A DNA stretch of 45,889 nucleotides, from positions 1-45,889 of the forward strand of contig DF237615.1 in the NCBI GenBank assembly GCA_000708835.1. Reading direction: 5' to 3'. A model generated the notes under the pieces. It saw only the letters and a list, made by a program, of their open reading frames with translations. It ran no database searches and was not told where the DNA came from. The position numbers and the translations under genes are program-made. Positions 35,201-44,425 of this stretch are shown here, in pieces. This DNA is from Klebsormidium nitens. Its lineage: Eukaryota > Plantae > Klebsormidiophyceae. The stretch's first letter is position 1. The number at the start of each line of letters is the position of its first letter.

Positions 35201-37956
35201 AAGTGAGGAAAGTGTGGTCGGAAAAGGCGCCGAGACGATGCTTGTGGGTGGATCGCACCGAGGACAACCAACGGAGATGCAGAAAGACGCCAGTGTTTGA
35301 AAACCCCGCAGCGCTCTCTCGTAGCTACTTTTTACCTACTTCATTCGTTGTTGCGTCGTATTTCCGTCAGGTGATCTCAGTGTCGTTCCGCCTCGGTGCA
35401 TGGCGCGCAGAACATTGTCGCCTGCAGGCGAAGAATCAGGACGTTCCGATGGACATTTCGTCCTAAGAAATCAATCATTTAGGCTTATACACACCCACTC
35501 TAACCTGGCAGCAACAGGAGTTTTCATTCCAGATGAAGTTACCGAATCAAAGGGCTGTGCCGTTTGCAACGCCGGGGCTTCATCACGAAAACACGCAAGC
35601 AACTGTGTTTTGAGCCCATGTTTCAGTGTTATTTCCATTTCGTACAAACCAGTTCTGAGACCATATCTTACAAACCAGTTCTCTCGATTCCCAATCATCC
35701 ATACCCGATTGCCCCTAACCCGTTTACCGGCTCTCTAGTTGGTTCTACCCGGCCCCCAGCAATCCCTACGACTACGCCGATTGGGTCTTTCCAAACTCCA
35801 CTAAGCAGTGTCTCTAACCCCACGCAATCTCCAACTGGTTCAACGCTTTTCACTGCTCAAACCACACCCACTTTATCCACCGAGTATCCGCCAGGGTCAA
35901 CGCTAACCACAGTCCATATTAACTGCATCGCTCCCCCAACACCGACGCAAAGTGAAAGCACTTCCATTTTGCCCGCTTCTGAGGAAGCTCCACCGACCGC
36001 TCCCACTAGTTTGCTGCTAACCAATCTCGTTACCCTCCACTCAATTCCCCTTCGCTCGTCCCAGTCGTGAACTACTTCATCAGATTCAATCCGAACCTTT
36101 TCTCTCAGGTCGGCCGCCGTTTATTCTCGTTGCTCCCCGCGACAGACCACCGCCCGCGCTTCGGCTCGTGCGCCATCGTCGGCAACTCGGGGTCTATGCT
36201 CGTCACGCGGCGCGGCCGCGCGATCGACGCGCACGACATGGTTTGGAGGTTTAACCAGGCGCCCGTGCAGGGGTTTACGCCGTACGTGGGCAGTAAAACG
36301 GACTTCGAGATGCTGAACAGCGCGTGGGTTAAGCAGCTGCTCGAGGGCGACGACGCGGCCGTCGCGCAGTTCGCGCACATAGGTGAGGGCTTAGGGGTTT
36401 GGGAAATGTGCGAAGGCGTTTGAATTCAGAATCTTGTTTCTGCCGCTATTTTACACAGCTTTGTTTGGATGGGAGGTTTGGCGCCTCAAACACGAAAGCA
36501 AAAGCACATAATCGGTACGCTTTGCTCTTGATGGCGTCGAACCTGTGACCCTCCTCCTCGAGTCTCGACCTTTGGTGCCTGATTTGAACCCGCTGATCGA
36601 TCCAACATGCGAAATATCATTCACGACCGGGTTTCAAGAGTGGCAGATTTTACACAATCAGCTCTACCAAGCTCTATCACTTTCTCGACTGAGTTCCCTT
36701 GGTCGCGCGTCGCCCAATTGAAGTCCCGTTTATGCAGCGGGATGCGGTTCCAAGGTCGAACCTGGTAACTCGTCCTTTACCACCGTTGTAAAGGCAGTTT
36801 TGAATCGGGAACGGCATACTCTCCGCATTGGTGGAGCGGCCTTCCTTCCTTAGGGAAAGAAAACCGGGCCCTCAGAGTCAAACCTGGTGACGCGGTTTTA
36901 ACCCTTTCTAACAACGCGGCTAACCAAAGCTGAACAACGATAACCTTTTTCCAGGTTGGTGGCGCGGTCTTCCTTCCCCGGGGGAAGAGAACGGCCCCCC
37001 CGGGTGGATTTGGCGCGAGCCCAATTCCACGATCGTGCTGTACGAAATGTTCGACCCCGCGCAATTTCCGTTCCGCGACGCGTTCCAAATCGACTTCAAG
37101 CAGAAGTGGTGGCGCGCGAACTACGCGAAGATGCGCGCGCTCTACCCGCGCCGCGCGATTATCTCGCTGTCGCCTCAGTACGCCACGTGGGCGCACAACG
37201 TGTACAAGGCGCTGCGCGCGCGCTTCGAGGGCGCGGGGTTTGGGGTGTTCGGCGGGGAGAAGCCGATGTCGGGGTTCTACGCGATCCTGTACTGCTTGCA
37301 GGTGAGTGAAGGTCCTGCAAAGGGAAAAAAAGGGGAAAATATGTTTGAAAAAAGTTCCCGCAGCGAAGCGGTTTCTTTTCAACCCCTGGCTTCCCTGGAG
37401 CTCCACTAGTACTCACGGGCCTGTGGGGAAAGATCGCCGGTCGGGGCAAGGAAAGCACGTGTTCGTTCAACGTCACTCTATTATCAAGTTGATACCAATC
37501 CACATCTGGATACAAGAAAATTGTTGCAAAGAGTAAGCGAAGGTCGTTTGTCAGCAAAACGTCAGCGCACGCAAGGAGCGGATCCCTCGACGGAAAACTT
37601 ACCACGCGGAAAGGCAAGGCATCATAAGCTTGATAGGCCTTGCTTTCGCTAACCGTTGCGACGTCGGCCGCTCTTCAAAAATCGAGATGGAACCTCGCGT
37701 ATAGCATCACCAAATCACCGACCGTTTGCACGTTTCCACCTGTCGTATGCTTTTCCTTCTGCAGGTCTGCAACAGCATCGACGTCTACGGCTTCACCCCT
37801 TATCGAGACGAAGACGTTCTGGACCCCCTCGCTCTGCAGTACCATTACTTTGACCTGGCGCGGCCGCGCGTCGGGTCGCATTCGTTCGACATGACGCGCT
37901 ACTTTTATGAGCTGTTGGCTGCCAAGTTGGGAGACCATTTTCGGATAGTCGACTGA
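29202..37956 (+). CDS. Type-II membrane protein (1,097 aa): signal anchor, IPT/TIG domain, degenerate GT29 domain, EGF-like module, second GT29 (sialyltransferase-like) domain. Exons: 29202-30059, 30548-31019, 31682-31851, 32541-32707, 33821-34031, 34571-35173, 36109-36382, 36955-37301, 37765-37956.
   Basis: Exons sum to 3294 nt in phase; one intron is GC-AG (AG|GCAAGT at 32708). Anchor: QLAIYCYLFLLLLVSCSTLYSW. IPT: VTAVEPAYGLRSGGYAVLIRGRYFG...VPCN|ETRWLSSEALHCLVPSG. Motif L: CAVMGHSG...IDGHEAVFRFDNAP...DVGERTT and CAIVGNSG...IDAHDMVWRFNQAP...YVGSKT. Motif S: PTSLFKTVALATRACDQVTLYG and PMSGFYAILYCLQVCNSIDVYGF. EGF-like: CLPSCGSHGTFRDGKCVCDSMYSGTDC. Confidence 0.9.
32466..32534 (+). repeat. 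Telomere-motif-like (CCCTAAA core) 11-12 bp tandem repeat immediately before a 3' splice site
   Basis: CCCTAAA at 32466, 32477, 32488, 32500 and 32511, and CCCTCAAA at 32523. The acceptor AG is at 32539-32540. Confidence 0.8.
32795..33530 (+). repeat. Four decayed intronic copies of the 3' end of exon 32541-32707, including its GC donor
   Basis: The sequence ...GGACGTCTTCGTACGGCTGCGGACGCTCTTCCC...CCAG|GCAAGT recurs with the GC at 32872, 33022, 33198 and about 33525; the real donor is at 32708. Confidence 0.9.
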
Positions 37957-38069
37957 AGCGTCTGTCGGTCGCTGAACACTGTGCGCATCGCTCTTGATCA
38001 TTGGGCGAGCGTTGTTGATTGTACATTCTACTCCTTATCCTTCTTCCTAGCTCCTACCGTCCGTATATG

Positions 38070-38156
38070 GTGTTGGGTCAAACTCCTCCGACATGACGCG
38101 CTGCTTCTATGATTTGCTGGCTGCCAAATTGGGTGACCACTTCCGGCTAGTCGACT
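38070..38156 (+). repeat. Diverged duplicate of the 3' part of the last GT29 exon, lying downstream of the stop codon
   Basis: GACATGACGCGCTGCTTCTATGATTTGCTGGCTGCCAAATTGGGTGACCACTTCCGGCTAGTCGACT (DMTRCFYDLLAAKLGDHFRLVD) versus the real exon end DMTRYFYELLAAKLGDHFRIVD*. Confidence 0.9.
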
Positions 38157-39842
38157 CGCGTTGCATTCTGGTCAACTGTTTGCAAGTGTTCTTGACGGAT
38201 CGCCATTCTGTCGATCCGCCGTTTTCGTTTGCGGGATTGATACATTGTAACAGAGCTCCTTCGGAATTCTTGGTGAATGACTGGGTCTTGTATGAAAGAG
38301 AAAATTTATTCATTCAAGTCACGGATCTCCTGTCGGGTGTTTGCACGACGGGTGATCGTCATGTGGCTTAGTGAAATGCAGCTTCTCCCACCGACTCTTG
38401 TTTCTGAGCAACATGAATGCCAACGAGTGTTCGGTTGTCGGATGAAGTACGGTTGTGGAAGGGCGTTTGAGCAAAGACTTAAGCTCTGACTGGATGACGC
38501 GAATTAGCTGTACTTGATCGAGATTACGAACAGAATTCATGCATGGTTGTCGTATCAGATACCCAATTTATGTCTGACTTTTATAAAATTAGTGCTTGCC
38601 GTCTACATATAATCACGGTATATGAAGAGCTTGATCACTTGACAATGATCCGGCCTTTCCATTCAGTCATTCAAAGGCAAGTACGTGATCGATCGCCGAT
38701 GATGGGCAGTGCTTTTTGCTCGTATATATCTTTTGGTATGGTATCTGTCGTTCTCCTTCTGAACACGCTCGCCTGCCGCTGTAGGTCCAGATTGAAATGC
38801 AGAAAGTGCATCACGAGGCCCACTTTTCTTGCACAGCTTGTCGGTCGGCCGATCCATGCACGTGCATGGTGCAGTGGAGCACTGCAAGGTCGGGAATTCC
38901 GGCATGTGTGGACCGTCGTACGTAAAGTATCGTATCTACCAGGCCCGGCTGCATCTCGGGCCCGTTAAACACAGCTAGCATGCATCGAAGGTGTCATGCA
39001 TGCAGCTCGCCTTATGGTTAGAGCTCACGACTTTCCCAGCGGCGCTACCGCACTGTCTGCCGTTCCATGTGCGATGCATCATGTCCCCGCGCCGTTCAGT
39101 GGAGCCCGAGTATGGCGGCTTTGTGGTAGAATAGTAGAACATAGATGTAGCATGCATACTAATACCGTGTTTACATATGCATTCAGACGTGCCAACGATG
39201 GCCGTACGAAATCGAATTGCTTTCAAAGCATGGCAATACTATACTTCTCCGTATATTGCAGTGGCAGTCACTGCACGGCTGGCCAGCCAACGTCAGCACA
39301 TACGAAGTCTAGTATATTCGAGCCAGCGCTGCACAGGTCCACGAGTCAAGTCCTTCTACCAATGCTTAGAGGTTTCTGGATCTCCACGAGTCCTCGTTCT
39401 AGACTTTCTAAGATTCTAATTAATAGATCCTATCGTCTATCAGATTCTCGTACGTTCGGAGCCCAAATTAATCTTGAGGTTGTTTGACGAATCAAGCTTT
39501 CGTGATCTTCATGATTGACTTAATCGATTGAAGACATCCGGCATGTCTTCTTAAGTACGCTGCTTTAAGGAAATCAGCACTTCGGCTACCTTCTCTCTCT
39601 GCAAGTTATCGGGTATTAGAAACTTCAATTCGAGCCTTATAAAGGATTCTAGAGAGAAAAAGCTTTGCGAAAATTAGTTGGAAGAACCTTTGACGTAATC
39701 TTGTAATCTAAACTACTCAGTACTAGTTGGAAGTATTGTCGAGGGTCACTTCTTTTGACAGTCCCTATACGGAAATTGATGTGCAGTACTTTGCTGCTTG
39801 ATACTTATCAAATTATTGGATGCGGGTGGAGCATGATTGGTT

Positions 39843-42800
39843 CTACACGTGGCTCGAAGTGGTTGGATATAAGTTTGGCACATGACTCATGCGCCTCATC
39901 GGAATCGTCTCTAATGAACCGCCCTTCAGTTCCTCGTCGCTTGTGACAATCTCCTTAAAATGCGCCGGCCACGGGAGAGCCCATTCACGACGTAGGTCGT
40001 AAGCGAAGAACATGCCAAAAATGGCCGTGACAAGCGACCAGCCCGCTACAATTTGTGAGAGAATGATGGTCCAATTGATGGGGCTCTTCTCCGTTATGTG
40101 CAACCGTCCTTGCGGGTTAAGAGTTAGCGCCGCATAAAAGTAGTCAGATGCCGGAAAGTCGATTCCATAGGTGCTGTTGAAAGAAGTTACGTAATCCTGG
40201 TGGGTAGTCGCGATACTTCCAGACACCTTCTGCAGAAACGAGGAAGGACCCAATTTGTCAATGACGAAACGCAAATTCTGCCGCGCCAAAGTAGTTGGCC
40301 CAACACGGAGGTTTTCCTTTCAGTTGCAAATTTGGGGGGACTTGTTACACGGTTTGCAACAGCCAAATCGTTATGCTACTATGGCAGGGCGGTTCTGACC
40401 AGGGCGAACATTGATGATGTATCAGGTGCACAAACATCGTAAGCAAACAAACCTAGTTTGTCGATCTTTTGACAAACTTGCCCGAACCTTTTCTTTCTTT
40501 TGACTTTCCAAATTTGTCAGCGCAACGAATCTTTCTCAAGAGGGTTCCTTTGCCCATAACTAAGCTGGTTCTTGCTAGCTCCCAGCTTGTTTAATTTCAG
40601 GACATGGGACTGCTGTAAGATCTAGCATCCCCATGGTAGGCGGGCCGCAGAACCACGAAATGGCCGGGGGACGACCAAGAATCGCAGCGCTGCCGTTCAG
40701 ATTTTGACGTCAAAAAATGAACGCTCTAGATCTTTCCCCGATCTTTCGTTTGTATAGAGTTAGGCAAGGTTTGTCTGAAACCCAGTATCGGAACAGGTCC
40801 TGCTAAATTTTGCGACCCCCTGGCTAAACTTTACAGACTGGAGTCCTTATGTTGAAATCGGACGGTGGCGCTGCGATATCGACCATCGCAAAGTTCTGCG
40901 GTCCGCCTGATGGGATCACACTACACATCATCCATCCGCTCTGCTCTGTCCTGAGCAACTCTACAAGGATGCAAGTGCCACCAGGAGTGCACCAACGCGT
41001 TCCCGCAAGAAAACAATCCGTGTTGCTCAGATTGCCCAAACACACAAGCAGCGTACGATGTGTGTCTACCGTATTGACGGGACACATTCTTTTAAAAGGC
41101 AAGGCCTCTCCATTCGTCTAACATTTGCTCACCTCGGATCCGTTCAGGTACGTCCGCACAGTCAGGGACAACTCTACCTGATCGTTGCCACCTCCGCTGA
41201 TGATCGAACCAGGGAAATCATACTCCCCTCTGCGCACTCCATCGTCCGAAAATGCCGCTAACACATTCGCGCCCCTTGTGTAACCATTAAGCGGGGCCAC
41301 GGGCGGTAGAGTCCAGTAAAAGCTCATGAAGACGCCTTGGAAGGTGCTCGCAATCAACTCCGGTGTGAAACTGAACCTACTAGTGTTGTAGCGCAGGCAT
41401 AGGCTGCTCCCTAGCACTGTGTTGTTTTGGCCCTCATGTGAAAAATCGGGCGAGGGCAGCTCAACGCCTTCCACCTCGTAGTCGCTATCTGTATCGCCCT
41501 TGTACTCGAAGGTCTTCGACGCATCGCGCCTGGAATTGCCCAGCGCCCAATTGACTGACCCGCGGGTCAAACCGGTTGTCAAACCGGTGGCCCCCGGCCC
41601 TGGCACTTGCTTGGGAAAATATCTGTTGCACGAGCCTGTCATGCTTGTGATCGGCAGCGTGGTTGCATAGGAGCTGAAGAATGCATACGGGCATATGTAA
41701 ATGTTTGGCAGCTGCGTGAGTTCCACCTTGTAGTCGAAGGAGACGGCCGGCACATTCCGGCTCCTGTACGCCTGCGAAAGAAAATCAGTGCACGGGGATC
41801 ACAATCGCGGTGAAAGCTCTCGCCCATGAGCTTAGAAGCTTCATTATCCCCCACAAAAGCACGCTGTTTAATGCAGCAGCGACTCATGCTGGAGCTTGGA
41901 ATTGGGCAAATCAGCAAATGCAGTCCTAGCGTACGTAAGCCTCGCCAAAGGCGAGGGTTGACCATGACCGACCATGCGCATCACGCCTAGTTAGTGCATG
42001 GAGTCATGCCTTGGGGGTGTTTTGCGCGTCCGAGACAACTGCCAATGAGCTGACCATCATCATTTCTGTGGGTGCTCACCTCTATGGAGTTTGCAAGTTT
42101 GATTTTAGCAAGTCTTTTTCGAACAAGAGCTTTTCGGCTGTCTTATAAAGAAGAGTCAGAACTCTGCTCTGAGTCTAGCTCTAACTCAAAAAGCTAGCTC
42201 GACTTGTGCCATTCTACCTACAACTTGACTGGCGCATTATGTCCGCACGACAGCACTCCTGCAGTTTATCCCACAAAAGTGCAGGCTTGGCATTGTTCTT
42301 GTGCGGTTCACCCAGAATTGAGGCTTGAAAGCTCCGTCTCCTTTCAGGAACAGATAGAACATTCAACAACCACCATGGGTAACAATGACAAGAACGAAAA
42401 CAAGGTGGGTTTAGGTGCCAGCACTTAGCATGACGCTACTAAGCCGCAATCATGCCATGCACTCAGCAGATAAGTCACAGGTGGCACCCTCCTTGCAACT
42501 GTGTGGGGCCGGCTGATGACGATATATGATACGAAAAATGTTGCTCCCAGCTACCAAGGTAGTTGAAGGGAAAATAACCAGAATCAGCGGCGTATTTCTC
42601 CGAGCAGAGCCCCTAGAGACAAAAAGCCTGGGTCCTGTTTTGGAGGGGAATCCTCAGTGAAGGCACCAAGAACTTCCAGCAAAAGAAGCAACACTTGGGG
42701 AATGTGGTGGGTCCTTACCAGCCAGAACACAGTGGCTGCGTAGCCGATGAAAGCGCACACCAGGACGACGTACATGAACCAAGCGCACCGCCTCAGAGTG

Positions 42801-42853
42801 CGGACGTTCCTGGCCCCGGACTTTATCTCCGTGGGTAACAGAAGGAACGCCAT
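39843..42853 (-). CDS. Two-transmembrane protein with a large extracellular loop (~386 aa); PAC/TMEM206 (proton-activated chloride channel)-like, with DEG/ENaC-type topology. Exons: 42719-42853, 41133-41771, 39843-40229.
   Basis: All three junctions are phase 0 with GT-AG. TM1 is CAWFMYVVLVCAFIGYAATVFWL, followed by PAVSFDYKVELTQLPNIYICP. The loop has N-glycosylation sequons (NNT, NTS, NGS, NST) plus GVFMSF and SIISGGGNDQVELSL. TM2 is WTIILSQIVAGWSLVTAIFGMFF. The exon-3 acceptor could instead be a later CAG. The gene model is more certain than the family call. Confidence 0.75.
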
Positions 42854-43016
42854 TGTTCAATGCAGCTGCCCAGCTCGATAATGCCAATCAGGCCGGTTCC
42901 TGCCCTGTCAAGCTGGAAAGTGGAGTTGGACCAACCTAGCAGAAGACGAGACACAATCTGAAGACCTGAGCTCGAGTCCAGGGCACAAGCCTTCAAAGAC
43001 TGTCATGCAGAGACTC

Positions 43017-43089
43017 CACTTGAGCAATTATGCACTGGTGACTGAAGCCCTGTCAAAGAGTTGAAGACTCACTTGAGCAATTATGCACT
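43017..43089. repeat. Exact 20-bp direct repeat CACTTGAGCAATTATGCACT x2 upstream of the PAC-like gene
   Basis: Copies at 43017-43036 and 43070-43089. Confidence 0.85.
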
Positions 43090-44425
43090 CCCTCGATCCA
43101 TCCAGTCGAAACAGGGCGCCCCCGACTCCCCGGGCCACACGACTTGGATCTTCGACGCGTAACAGTAGAGGTCTACCTACTCGAACTTGAACTTTGAGGT
43201 AGGTACCGGTAGGTACTTTTTGTTTTTTTAGCTCGGTTTTTTGTAAAAAACGAGCTTTCGTTATGACCCCTGAACTTGGTTTTGGGATAAAGTGTCGCTC
43301 CAGACTGGATCACTCAGTTAAGCATATTTTTAGTATCGAACGCCTTTTTTGAGTGCGTTCAGGTATGATACCGCTCGACTTTAGTTTTCGACGGCCTAGG
43401 TGGTCTATCGAACTCTTGCTGCTTTATCTGTTGGGTTAAACCTCTCACGTGGCCCCTTCCAGCCGCGGGCAGGAGCTAGGCACGCGGCGGTCCTGTCCCG
43501 ACGCCCGGCCGCGTCGGATTCGGGCAGCTGCCGCCGTTCGATCATCTGCCTTACGCCTTCAGATTACTTTTTTACACGCGTGAGAATCAGCTTCTAGCGC
43601 CTGCGTATTGAAGCCCCGACGACGCAAATGCGTCGACTTTGACAGTCACCTAAGACAACCCGGTAGAGAGCTCCATACGACCTCGTATCTGAGTTTCTTC
43701 AATAAGCGATCAGTGAATCTTCTGCGTATGAGGCGCTATGTGCGTATTTTAGCCCCGGGTAGAAATCTGTCGACTCAGCATTTTATAAGAAGTCCCCGGT
43801 TGACCACATACGAACTTGGAATTTTCGAATTAGACTGGCAACGATCAGTCGCGTGAACTGTTACTATTAGTTCACGAGTCGAAACAGTAGAGTTTCGACT
43901 CACCCGGGCATTCCAACTAGAACCCCTAAACCAGAAAATGCTTGCGCTCCGCACCCGAAATCCCCCCCTAACCACCCTAGAACCCTAGCTGTCTCCCGGG
44001 CGCTTTTCTTAGTTCACGCGAAAGTTGCCAAACTTCTATCGAAATGCCCGCGATTGAGTTTTGAAGAACTTGTGCCAGTGGGCTCACGCCGTCCGATCGA
44101 CACATTGCGTTCTGCCTGCAGACGAGGATCGTCGACTCTTGTGTTTGCGTACTTAAATAGGTAACTGGTTGTATAGGTAGCTCAGGGTTGACTGCAACAT
44201 ATGTTGCACAATAAACTTCTCTCGCATGTGAATGAGCTTCTTCTAATCGACTCTTCCCCAAACAGGCACTTCAAGGAGGCGAAAACCGAGCATTAACACC
44301 GCTTCGCGGTTTCGCATTTTTTACCTAGGCCATTTTGGCCCCCGGTAGAGCAGGTGGGTGCAAACGAGCACGCCAACTTCGCCCGGGGATTTGAACCCCG
44401 GCCACCTTCTCTGCGATCGAGGTAC

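Noticed and set aside
35564-36070. 168-aa Thr/Pro/Ser-rich, mucin-like ORF inside a GT29 intron
   Set aside because: It is explained by C/A/T-rich intron composition. There is no convincing donor before its stop, and the flanking exons already join in phase.
40824-41121. Overlapping 90-92 aa ORFs within the second intron of the PAC-like gene
   Set aside because: No motif or splice support; the flanking exons join in phase and give a protein of PAC-like size without them.
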